Below are positions 27,486 through 36,473 of a stretch of DNA of 64,000 bases, piece by piece. The notes under the pieces were generated by a model. That model saw only the letters and a program-made list of their open reading frames with translations, was not told where the DNA came from and searched no databases. The DNA is taken from positions 79,061 to 143,060 of IMG/VR virus record IMGVR_UViG_3300040758_000214, one strand, 5' to 3'. The stretch is from a virus. Positions within the stretch are counted from its first letter, which is position 1. The number at the start of each line of letters is the position of its first letter. The translations under genes were made by a program, and so were the position numbers.

Positions 27486-27851
27486 TTAATTATATTCTAT
27501 GTCTAAAACTTTAATTTTTGAATTTCCTAACATTTCTCTAAACTTATTATCATCTTGTTCGCATTCTTCATATAGTAAATAATCAATAGGATCACCATCA
27601 CTATGAAATGAAATTCTAGAAATAGTATTTCCTTTTTTAATTCCATCTAATAATAACTCTTTTGTATTATCTGAAATATCATCAGATTCAACAAAATCTA
27701 AAATATCTTCTTCTGTTTTAAATTCGTCTGAAATATGTGTTGAAAGGTCAACTTCAATCATTAATTTAATTTTTAAGTCATTTTCTTTTCTATATGCAAT
27801 TATAAAACTGGTACTTGAGCTATTCGTTACAAAACTTTGTCTTCTTTTCAT
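27486..27851 (-). CDS. FVTNSSS-motif protein
   Basis: MKRRQSFVTNSSSTSFII. Confidence 0.7.
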   Translation of the reverse strand: MKRRQSFVTNSSSTSFIIAYRKENDLKIKLMIEVDLSTHISDEFKTEEDILDFVESDDISDNTKELLLDGIKKGNTISRISFHSDGDPIDYLLYEECEQDDNKFREMLGNSKIKVLDIEYN

Positions 27852-28183
27852 AATAAATTCCTTCTTTCTAATAATTCTTTTAATAATCCTAATTCTCCAT
27901 CTGTTATTATAAAAACAGAAATTTCAGGATCTAAAATTTTATCATAACATATAGTCAATCCTAACGCTTCAAATATCTCACTTGAAGTTACTCCATTCAT
28001 TAAATATCTCAATCTAGAAAAATCATTTATCTGAATATCTTTTAAATCTTCAATTATATTTTCAATTTCATTTTCTAATCCTAATTTTATTAATTCATCT
28101 TTTCTAGATTCAACTAATTTTATTATATCTAATCCTTCTGGTACATAACATATATGACAATGTGATGACATATTATTCCTCAC
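27848..28183 (-). CDS. hypothetical protein (degenerate paralog of 26876..27262)
   Basis: 'SSHCHICYVP...ESRKD...EIFEALGL' aligns by eye with 'SSTCFIVYMP...ESKKD...EIFENLGL'. Confidence 0.6.
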   Translation of the reverse strand: MRNNMSSHCHICYVPEGLDIIKLVESRKDELIKLGLENEIENIIEDLKDIQINDFSRLRYLMNGVTSSEIFEALGLTICYDKILDPEISVFIITDGELGLLKELLERRNLL

Positions 28184-29597
28184 TTAATAATTTTATAACT
28201 TGCTCTTCTTCTAATTCATTTTTATTTCCATTAGAATCTACATATAAATATCTTATATTCCAATTTTTTAATTTATAAAATTCTAATCTTTTTAATAATG
28301 TCCTACTAATATCTACACAAGAAATATCTACAAGATCCATCACAAGTGGTTCTATTTTATCTTTAGAAATGCGCAAAATTCTGCCAGTCATTTGGTCTAC
28401 ATTATTTATCGGACTGCTCATGATCAATAAATTCTTTTCTGGACAATCAACGCCGTCTCTAAATCGACCAGGTGTAGTAAATATAATTTTTTTGCTAAGA
28501 ACTTCATTTCCCGCACCAGATATAAATTTAGTTTTATCTTCAGTATTAGTTTTATTGTATAATTCATCTATTAATTTTATTCGTTCTGCCATAAATATAA
28601 TATTTCGATCTTCTGATATAAATTTATTTAATAATCCTATTGCTATTTTCATAAAAGGTTTTGAATTTTTAATCATATTTAAATAACGTGAGCGTTGAAA
28701 TTTCCCAGCCCAATAAATATATCGTTTTCTAGATTGTACTATTTCATAATCAAAAAGTAAAACTACAACTCTTGCATCCATTGTAGATGATTTACCTTCT
28801 GGTATAATAATTGGGCCACAGTGCATTTGCATTATATCGTTCGTATTTTCATGAAAAGGTGTTGCCGACAACCCATAAACTCTTTTCACAGGTAAATGCA
28901 AACTACATTCTGAAAATGTAGGAGCGCCAACTGCAGTATGTAGTTCATCAACTATAAGTGTATGAATTCTTGCATGATTTAATTCAATTAAAAATTCTTG
29001 TCTATTTCTTTTCAATAACGATATAAATGTTTGGTCTGTGCATAATATAATCTTTTTCTTTAATACTTCTTTAAAATTAGAAGATGTAAGTTTTCCCATG
29101 TCATTTATATCTATATTAGTAAAATTCAAAAAGCCTTGTTTTTTTCCTTCAGTATTTACACCCATCCATTGGTCGATTAATGATGTTCTATGTGTAAGAA
29201 TTAATGTTTTTTTCTTTAAAGTTGCAATAATATAAATTGATAGTATCGTTTTCCCTGACCCTGGCGGGCACTGAATAATTCCCATATCATGACTTAACAT
29301 ATATTCAACAGTATTTCTTTGTAATTCATCACGTAAAATTATCGAGTGTTCTATTTCAATATCTTCACCATCATTAATTTTATCTTCAATCTTACATAAT
29401 AAATAATCATGAATAGGGAAAAATCTCGGAATCTTAAGAAATTTTTCCCCTTCAATATAGAATTTATAAACTGTATAAGTTGACGTATTATAATCCTTAA
29501 ACCTTCTTGTTAATTTCTTTTTAATAAATTGATACCATTTTTCATTTTTATATTCTGTAGGGATTATTATTCCTGATGTCCGTTTAAAAATCAACAT
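28173..29597 (-). CDS. superfamily 2 helicase (UvsW/XPB-like)
   Basis: PPGSGKT, DELH, LSATP, QMTGRILR; start moved to ATG 29597 after GAGGAG. Confidence 0.88.
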   Translation of the reverse strand: MLIFKRTSGIIIPTEYKNEKWYQFIKKKLTRRFKDYNTSTYTVYKFYIEGEKFLKIPRFFPIHDYLLCKIEDKINDGEDIEIEHSIILRDELQRNTVEYMLSHDMGIIQCPPGSGKTILSIYIIATLKKKTLILTHRTSLIDQWMGVNTEGKKQGFLNFTNIDINDMGKLTSSNFKEVLKKKIILCTDQTFISLLKRNRQEFLIELNHARIHTLIVDELHTAVGAPTFSECSLHLPVKRVYGLSATPFHENTNDIMQMHCGPIIIPEGKSSTMDARVVVLLFDYEIVQSRKRYIYWAGKFQRSRYLNMIKNSKPFMKIAIGLLNKFISEDRNIIFMAERIKLIDELYNKTNTEDKTKFISGAGNEVLSKKIIFTTPGRFRDGVDCPEKNLLIMSSPINNVDQMTGRILRISKDKIEPLVMDLVDISCVDISRTLLKRLEFYKLKNWNIRYLYVDSNGNKNELEEEQVIKLLSEE

Positions 29598-29826
29598 TGC
29601 ATATATTACTCCTCTTATTTTCATCAAAACATTCTGCCCATTCTGGCCTAGGTGAATCACATATAATATGAAATACTAATTCATCTGCTAATATACAATG
29701 AATACATCTTTGACATGTTTTAAATCTTCCATAATAATAAACTTCTATCCATAAATCAGATTCACCATCTTGCTCATATAAGAAAGGATAAGTTTTATTA
29801 TTTAAATAATCAAATGTTAATTTCAT
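29584..29826 (-). CDS. Cys-rich paralog (MKLTFD family)
   Basis: MKLTFDYL...RFKTCQRCIHCILADELVFHIIC. Confidence 0.7.
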   Translation of the reverse strand: MKLTFDYLNNKTYPFLYEQDGESDLWIEVYYYGRFKTCQRCIHCILADELVFHIICDSPRPEWAECFDENKRSNICNVDF

Positions 29827-29828
29827 AA

Positions 29829-30044
29829 TTAATCCTCAGTTCTTGGACTAAAGCATGTAGTCCACTCTGGATTTTTAGAATGACATATTATATGAAAAAT
29901 TAATTCATCTGCTAATACACAATTAATACATGTTGAACATTTTTTAAATCTATAATACCATTGATTGCCTTTCTTAAAATTAAGATCATCATATTCTATA
30001 GGCCAATCATCAGGATTATGTAAATAATCAAATGTTAATTTCAT
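29829..30044 (-). CDS. Cys-rich paralog (MKLTFD family)
   Basis: MKLTFDYL...RFKKCSTCINCVLADELIFHIIC. Confidence 0.7.
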   Translation of the reverse strand: MKLTFDYLHNPDDWPIEYDDLNFKKGNQWYYRFKKCSTCINCVLADELIFHIICHSKNPEWTTCFSPRTED

Positions 30045-30047
30045 AAG

Positions 30048-30251
30048 TTAATCCTTTATCTTTTTTTTAAAACAATCATGCCAATCTACATCATCTTTAT
30101 TGCATATTATATGAAAAATTAATTCATCTGCAAATTCACAATAAATACATTTTGAACATGTGTTAAATCTACTATAACATTCATTAACATCCATATTAAA
30201 TTCGTGTAGATATTTATCAGGAGTAATTAGAAAATCAAAAGTTATCTTCAT
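30048..30251 (-). CDS. Cys-rich paralog (MKLTFD family)
   Basis: MKITFDFL...RFNTCSKCIYCEFADELIFHIIC. Confidence 0.7.
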   Translation of the reverse strand: MKITFDFLITPDKYLHEFNMDVNECYSRFNTCSKCIYCEFADELIFHIICNKDDVDWHDCFKKKIKD

Positions 30252-30254
30252 ATA

Positions 30255-30683
30255 TTATTCCTCTGTATATGTAGCACACGAATCTTCATTTTCCCATATT
30301 TTAACTGAAACTAATCTCATATAATTATTATCATGAGATGGTTTGAATGATAATCTTAAATGCTCATAAATAAATTGTGATAAATATTCTGCAGTAGGAT
30401 CTTTAATTAATCTAAAACATCTGGATTTATCTAAAACTTCACTTGGAATAAATTCATCTTTTTCATTTATTAATAGACTATGATCTAAACTATCCATAAT
30501 TGCAGAATCAACTATTTTTTTAAGATCACCAAAATCAATCACCATATCTTGAGCATTAAGTTTTTCAGATTTTATTTTGATCTTCACGGTTAGGTTGTGG
30601 CCGTGGATGAATTGGCATCTTGCTGAATTTTTACTCAGACGATGGCCCACTGGAACTCTAAATGTCTTTTCTACATAATACAT
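30255..30683 (-). CDS. queD: 6-carboxy-5,6,7,8-tetrahydropterin synthase
   Basis: GHRL...C..IHGH, MVIDFGDLK, LDH, PTAE, VKIWEN. Confidence 0.92.
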   Translation of the reverse strand: MYYVEKTFRVPVGHRLSKNSARCQFIHGHNLTVKIKIKSEKLNAQDMVIDFGDLKKIVDSAIMDSLDHSLLINEKDEFIPSEVLDKSRCFRLIKDPTAEYLSQFIYEHLRLSFKPSHDNNYMRLVSVKIWENEDSCATYTEE

Positions 30684-30686
30684 ATT

Positions 30687-31031
30687 TTATCTCCTTTCTT
30701 TATAATATCCTGACCTATTTCCATAGATATTCATTTCATTACTATAATAAGTTCTTGGATTTTGTCTAAACTCTATTTCAATTCCAATTTTATAACACTC
30801 ATTTCTTAATAATTCAGTCAATCGTTCAATATTTAATTGAGTTGCTTTTCTATCAGCACTTTCTAAAAATGGACCAAATGGATCTGGTTTTCCACAAATT
30901 TCATTGATCCAATAAATAATTCCATTTCCTTTGCATTTATCACAACATTTTAAAAGAGTATAAGTATAATATGGAGATACCCCTTCACCATTACAATCAG
31001 GACATTTTATTTTACCTTCTTGATCTATCAT
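30687..31031 (-). CDS. DnaJ-type CxxCxGxG Zn-finger protein (paralog)
   Basis: CPDCNGEG...CDKCKGNG.IYWINE. Confidence 0.65.
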   Translation of the reverse strand: MIDQEGKIKCPDCNGEGVSPYYTYTLLKCCDKCKGNGIIYWINEICGKPDPFGPFLESADRKATQLNIERLTELLRNECYKIGIEIEFRQNPRTYYSNEMNIYGNRSGYYKERR

Positions 31032-31434
31032 ACGGATCTTTCCTTTTAACCGTCATTTCAAATTCTCCTAAATCTATTAATATAGAACTTTCACTTCTTC
31101 TATATAAAACAAATGGAGACATATATATTGAATTATAAAATAATTCCCTAGCCATTGCATATAATTCTTCTATATTTTTTTGTTTAACTTCTACATCTTT
31201 TTTAGATATTCCTCGAATATAATAATCATATTTTGATGCTATTGGATTTATACCTATATGCATAGAATCAAATTCTTCTGGATGGTGTTTTTGTTTATTC
31301 ATCAATTCATCGATCCAATACAATCGTGTGCCTTGACAACTCGGGCAAACCCTATGAATTGTATAAAGTGGAGTCATTCCTTCATTATTACAAGTATCAC
31401 ATTTAATTTCGCCATTCTCATTTATTTCAGTCAT
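31012..31434 (-). CDS. DnaJ-type CxxCxGxG Zn-finger protein (paralog)
   Basis: CDTCNNEG...CPSCQGT..YWIDELM. Confidence 0.65.
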   Translation of the reverse strand: MTEINENGEIKCDTCNNEGMTPLYTIHRVCPSCQGTRLYWIDELMNKQKHHPEEFDSMHIGINPIASKYDYYIRGISKKDVEVKQKNIEELYAMARELFYNSIYMSPFVLYRRSESSILIDLGEFEMTVKRKDPYDRSRR

Positions 31435-31781
31435 AATTCTTCACCTGATCCATAAATCTTAGTTCTTAATTTTCTTTTAATAGTATACTCATATTCTTTA
31501 CCTATAAAATTAATAGAAGTTGCTCCCCTAAAAATGGACATTATATTATCAGATTCAAAAATTCTATTAAAGAAATATTCTAACACATAAGTATTTGAAT
31601 TTTCAACTAATCTTAATATTTCTGTATTAAATGCATTAGAAGAATTACCCATTAATTTATCGATCCAAAAAGATCTTCCTGCTCCATGACACTGAGAACA
31701 TACATGAAATGTGGAAAATTTTTCTAAAACATATCCTTCACTTTTACATAAATCACATGATTCTAATCCATCTTCATTCAT
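31431..31781 (-). CDS. DnaJ-type CxxCxGxG Zn-finger protein (paralog)
   Basis: CDLCKSEG...CSQCHGAG..FWIDKLM. Confidence 0.65.
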   Translation of the reverse strand: MNEDGLESCDLCKSEGYVLEKFSTFHVCSQCHGAGRSFWIDKLMGNSSNAFNTEILRLVENSNTYVLEYFFNRIFESDNIMSIFRGATSINFIGKEYEYTIKRKLRTKIYGSGEEL

Positions 31782-31804
31782 AGAGATTCTCCTAAGTAAT
31801 TAAT

Positions 31805-32368
31805 TTAACCTAATTCTTCATCATTAATTGTCCAAACTCTATTTTCTTTAAGTAACATTTCAGGAGATAATAAAGGATCTTTTCCTTCTAATTGTCTTTT
31901 CAACAATCTATCATACAAAACAATATAAACTGCAGCTGCTAAATTTGTACAGTGATAAGTTGGAATTGAAATAAATCTATGACAATATCTTAAATAACTT
32001 GTTGAAATTTGTCCATCTTCAGGACCAAAGACATATACTGCATTATCTGGATGTTTAAATGTAGTTAATGATTCTGAACCAGGAACTAATTCTAATGCTA
32101 CGGGAACTGAATTTTCAAATTGATCGAAAGGATAATCATATTGTATTAATTCAACTTCTGAATATCCTCTCATTCTCTCTTCCCTTGGTAATCTTTGACC
32201 TTCATCTAATCTAATTCTGTTCCCAGAATACCAACATTGTTTAATTCCAAAGCATGATGCGGCTCTCACACAAGCACCCAAGTTTCTATCATACTTTGGA
32301 TTATTTAATATTATAGCTGGAGTTATTCCGTATTTCTTTCCATTTTTTCCTAGTAATTTTTTATCCAT
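31805..32368 (-). CDS. SpoU/TrmH-family (SPOUT) RNA methyltransferase
   Basis: NPKYDRNLGACVRAASCFG, VFGPEDG, IPT...NLAAAVYIVLYD. Confidence 0.88.
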   Translation of the reverse strand: MDKKLLGKNGKKYGITPAIILNNPKYDRNLGACVRAASCFGIKQCWYSGNRIRLDEGQRLPREERMRGYSEVELIQYDYPFDQFENSVPVALELVPGSESLTTFKHPDNAVYVFGPEDGQISTSYLRYCHRFISIPTYHCTNLAAAVYIVLYDRLLKRQLEGKDPLLSPEMLLKENRVWTINDEELG

Positions 32369-32498
32369 TATCGGATCCTTTATTAATTAATTCTTTAATT
32401 CTATCTCTGCATAATTTTTTATCTCTTTCATAAACTAGATATTGATACCATTTAATTCTTTTTATTATTTCAAATATTTCTTTATTCATATATTACCT

Positions 32499-33809
32499 CT
32501 ATACAATATTATGATAAGCACTTAACACAAATTCGTCAATATTTTTTAAATAATCATAGGTTTGATTTAATTTATTATTCAATTCTGTAACATCATCTTT
32601 AACAGTAAGTAATTTTCTTATATTATATTTTTGAAATAATTCTTTAATTATTTTATCATCAACTTTTAATTCTTCACTTATTTTTTTAGCTATTTCATCA
32701 ACAGGGGTATCTGTTTTTAAATATATAGATAAAATAGGTTTTATCTTACTCAATAATATATTTTCATCTATATTCTTTTTATATCTTTCAATCTCTGAAT
32801 TTAACATTATAATATTAGTGTTTTTATACATATTATAAGTATTTAATAACATTTCATCTACGGACATTATATAAGGATTTATCTTATTTTTATCTACTAC
32901 AATCATTTCAAATGGTACATTTCCAGATAAAACTTTGTCTAATTTATTTACAAAATTATTGAATATTTCGTCTCTATTTCTTTGTTTAATTACTTCAAAT
33001 ACTATTTCTGTTTTTCCTGCTGCAGATAAATTATTATATCCAATATCTTGATTATTTAATTCTTTTTCAAATTTAGATAATATGGTTTCAAATCTATTAT
33101 CAGGAGGCCATGAATTAACAGAAACTTTACACCTAATTTTATCAACTTTATATATTCCTTGAACTTTAATAGATGCTTTTCCTGTAGATAATAATGATTC
33201 TAATTCTTCATCTGACGCTAAAATTTTACATTCTGAAATTGGTTTAATTAATGGTTTTTCTTTATTTTTTCCTATTAAGAATAATAATCTTTTATTTAAA
33301 TCTTCAATTGTATAACATGGGATATATGTTTTATAACCAAAACCTATTCCTGTTGTATATCTGGTTCCTAATAAACAAAATGGGAACATTGTTGGTAAAT
33401 AATCAGGTTCTTTATCTAATTCTGATTCATTCCATGGAACATAATCAATCAATTTAAAAGCCATATCTAAAGTTCTTTTGGATAATTTACATTCAGTATA
33501 TCTCATTGCTGCTGGAGGTTTAGGTTCTATTCCCCAATATGTACCCATATTGCCTTGTTTTTCCAAAAATCCCATATGATACATTTGAACTATAGTTCCA
33601 TATACACTTGAATGAGGATGAAAATTTCCAAGTGTGAAGCCCTCAACCTTTGCACATTTTACTAAATGATCTTTTGCTATCATATAACAAGATAATAAAA
33701 CACGGCGTTCAACCGGGCGTAATCCATCATTTGATAATGGGAATTGTCTAAAATGATTTACATATTGTCCATATTCTGCATAGAATTCTGGTATTAATTT
33801 ATCCACCAA
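32499..33809 (-). CDS. type IIA topoisomerase A subunit (GyrA/gp52-like, no CTD)
   Basis: DGLRPVERR, HPH, catalytic AAMRYTE, GIGFGY; only 436 aa. Confidence 0.92.
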   Translation of the reverse strand: MVDKLIPEFYAEYGQYVNHFRQFPLSNDGLRPVERRVLLSCYMIAKDHLVKCAKVEGFTLGNFHPHSSVYGTIVQMYHMGFLEKQGNMGTYWGIEPKPPAAMRYTECKLSKRTLDMAFKLIDYVPWNESELDKEPDYLPTMFPFCLLGTRYTTGIGFGYKTYIPCYTIEDLNKRLLFLIGKNKEKPLIKPISECKILASDEELESLLSTGKASIKVQGIYKVDKIRCKVSVNSWPPDNRFETILSKFEKELNNQDIGYNNLSAAGKTEIVFEVIKQRNRDEIFNNFVNKLDKVLSGNVPFEMIVVDKNKINPYIMSVDEMLLNTYNMYKNTNIIMLNSEIERYKKNIDENILLSKIKPILSIYLKTDTPVDEIAKKISEELKVDDKIIKELFQKYNIRKLLTVKDDVTELNNKLNQTYDYLKNIDEFVLSAYHNIV

Positions 33810-34196
33810 TTACCTCCTAACTTCATCTATCTTCTTTAAATCTAATTCTATATTATAACATCCATCTCCACCCATTTTATCTAATATTATAGTTCCTTCT
33901 TCTGGATTTCTAAAATAATCTGTTTTATCTAATAATGGATGCCAATCTTTTTCACCAATAATATAACATGGATCTGGCACAACAAGTTTCCCTGACCAAA
34001 TTATTAGTATTCCTTCGCCACTAACATTTCCATTCCATGTTTTTCTAATTCTCCATTTACAATTATAAGTTCCATTTTCAACATCTAAGATTGTATGGAG
34101 ATTTTCATTTCTTCTTTCATATTTATCATAATATTTATCATCTGATAATAAAATAGTTCCAGAATCAACTCCAATATCTTTAACTTTTAGTTTCAT
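33810..34196 (-). CDS. hypothetical protein (DUF4241-like motifs)
   Basis: IGVDSG, SGKLVVPDPCY, GGDGCY. Confidence 0.55.
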   Translation of the reverse strand: MKLKVKDIGVDSGTILLSDDKYYDKYERRNENLHTILDVENGTYNCKWRIRKTWNGNVSGEGILIIWSGKLVVPDPCYIIGEKDWHPLLDKTDYFRNPEEGTIILDKMGGDGCYNIELDLKKIDEVRR

Positions 34197-34450
34197 TTTA
34201 CGTCACCATTCTCCTTCCTTTTTAGGTCCTCATATGGAGCAAGTATTCTTCTGTAAAATTCCAATTTACAACATTCTAATTCTGTAATTAAAGATGATGA
34301 AATTCTATAAGACATACCCAATTTTTTAATTAATCCTACCAATATTTTATAGATTACATAATTAAGCTCACCTGGCTCATTAATATTTTCAACTAATAAA
34401 TTTATTTCATTTTCAAACTTTTCTCTAGCTTCTTTCTTAATATACGGCAT
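34193..34450 (-). CDS. conserved phage hypothetical protein
   Basis: MPYIK...GELNY.I...LECCKLEFYRR..APYED.K..ENGDV pattern. Confidence 0.7.
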   Translation of the reverse strand: MPYIKKEAREKFENEINLLVENINEPGELNYVIYKILVGLIKKLGMSYRISSSLITELECCKLEFYRRILAPYEDLKRKENGDVK

Positions 34451-34466
34451 ATGGTTCCTTTCAATT

Positions 34467-36266
34467 TTATATTTTCCAAATTCCTTCTAATAACTCCCGT
34501 TTATGTTCAGATCCTTTAAACAACTCTAATATTTTTTCAAGATTAGATGTCCACTTTACTTGTATTAAATTTCTTGTTCCTTCATCTAATGTACATATTT
34601 TTAATTGTTCAGGATTGAATTCCCCTAGGCCTTTGTAGCGACGAAGAGTTATCCCTTTTTCTTTGGCTTTTAATACATCTTCATCTTTCCATAAAGGTAT
34701 AAAAGTATCACCTTTATGAATTGCATATAGTGGTGTTTGGGCCAAATAGAACTTTCCTTCTTTTATTATATCTGGAACTAATGTAGCTAATGTTATAGTC
34801 ATTAAACAAAATATATGATGACCATCTGCATCTGCATCTGTAGCACATATAATTTTATCATACTTTAATTTATTAATATCAAAATGTGGTCCTGTTCCTG
34901 TCCCTAATGCTTCTATTAATTCCTTAACTTCCTTATGTTCTAATATTTCTTTTTTATTTATTATTGATGGTATTTTTCCTTTAAGGGGCAATATGGCGTG
35001 TATTTTAGGATCTCTACATTCAGAAAAAGATCCTCCTGCTGAGTCACCTTCAACAATAAATAATTCTCCGTGATTAGATGAACAATCCTCTAATTTAGTA
35101 AACTTAATTGAAACTCTTCTTCCATTTAAATTATTATTTGTTTTCTTATGATTTAATTTTTTTCTATAATCATCAAAGAAATTTAAAATATTCTCTAATT
35201 GTTGAGGACTCTTATTAAATACACTTTCTAATTCTTGTTTTAATTTATTTGATAATGCAATAAAATCATCTTTTCTATTATTTAATTTTCCTTTAGATTG
35301 ACCAGAGAAATCAGGTTTCATTAACTTTAAACTTAAATAACACCTAAGCCCACAAAATACATCGCCTGGTTGGAAGTTTTTATTCAATTTTTTTGCTTTA
35401 CTAATAAAGAAGTCTCTTAATATATCATTAAATACTAATACATGAGATCCTCCTTCATCAACAGGTAAAAGATTCACAGATGATATATATTTAGGAGATA
35501 CAGATCCATTAAATGAATATGTAAATGTAGAATTAAATTCTTCTGGACCAATTTTTGAATTTAAATTAAATGTTTGTGATATTTCAGTATCAGTTTCATT
35601 TAGACATTGAAATTTAAAAAATTCATCTTTTGATGTTTTAATAATTTCTTTATTTCCGTCTACATTTAATACAAATGAACACTTAGGTAATTCTAAAGAA
35701 GCAACCAATAATCTTTTTCTTAATCTATCAATGTTTGGTATTAAACTTTGAAATATACTCTTAGCCGGCTTGAATTGTATTTTTGTTGAAAATGGGACTT
35801 GCACTGTAAAATCGTCTTCAATTTTTTGATGTAATTTTGCATTTTTGAATACTAATTTTACATGCTTTTGATCTCGATATATCTCTATTATATAAGTATC
35901 ACATAATGCATTTACCGCAACAAGTCCTATACCATGGAGGCCGCATGTAGTTTCATATGCTGTTTTCTTATGTTTAAACTTTCCGCCACTATGCAATTTA
36001 CTAGAGATGATAAATGGGACATTCCCATCAACAGGAATGCCCCGTCCATTATCGATCACGGAGTAAATATTTTCTTTCAAATCAATTAAAATAGCAATAA
36101 CATTGGCATGATTAGAAACTGCTTCATCTAATGAATTATCTAAAACTTCTTCTATAAGATGTGTGGGAGTTTCAGTCGAATCTATATACATCGACGGGTT
36201 TACCCTAATATGCTCAATTTCTTCTATTACATGAATATCCTTTGATGTATAATTATCATTAGCCAT
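34467..36266 (-). CDS. type IIA topoisomerase B subunit (GyrB/ParE-like)
   Basis: EVLDNSLDE, DNGRGIP, GLHGIG, TOPRIM VEGDSAGG, PLKGK, DADADG, RYKGLGE. Confidence 0.93.
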   Translation of the reverse strand: MANDNYTSKDIHVIEEIEHIRVNPSMYIDSTETPTHLIEEVLDNSLDEAVSNHANVIAILIDLKENIYSVIDNGRGIPVDGNVPFIISSKLHSGGKFKHKKTAYETTCGLHGIGLVAVNALCDTYIIEIYRDQKHVKLVFKNAKLHQKIEDDFTVQVPFSTKIQFKPAKSIFQSLIPNIDRLRKRLLVASLELPKCSFVLNVDGNKEIIKTSKDEFFKFQCLNETDTEISQTFNLNSKIGPEEFNSTFTYSFNGSVSPKYISSVNLLPVDEGGSHVLVFNDILRDFFISKAKKLNKNFQPGDVFCGLRCYLSLKLMKPDFSGQSKGKLNNRKDDFIALSNKLKQELESVFNKSPQQLENILNFFDDYRKKLNHKKTNNNLNGRRVSIKFTKLEDCSSNHGELFIVEGDSAGGSFSECRDPKIHAILPLKGKIPSIINKKEILEHKEVKELIEALGTGTGPHFDINKLKYDKIICATDADADGHHIFCLMTITLATLVPDIIKEGKFYLAQTPLYAIHKGDTFIPLWKDEDVLKAKEKGITLRRYKGLGEFNPEQLKICTLDEGTRNLIQVKWTSNLEKILELFKGSEHKRELLEGIWKI

Positions 36267-36269
36267 TTA

Positions 36270-36470
36270 TTACTCCGATTTAAAATCATCACATTTTTCA
36301 ATTTCATCTGAGATAGTATTTAGTAAAACATGAATTGCAGTTAAAACATAAATTTCATTATGACCGCAACCTTTAGCAATTTCTCCTGCATAGTTATATG
36401 CTTCTTGTATTGACTCTCTTTTAGAAAATAAATTATTTTTTAACTCTTTTGATAATTCTCCCATTAACAT
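36270..36470 (-). CDS. hypothetical protein
   Basis: 66-aa ORF in operon. Confidence 0.55.
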   Translation of the reverse strand: MLMGELSKELKNNLFSKRESIQEAYNYAGEIAKGCGHNEIYVLTAIHVLLNTISDEIEKCDDFKSE

Positions 36471-36473
36471 TAT

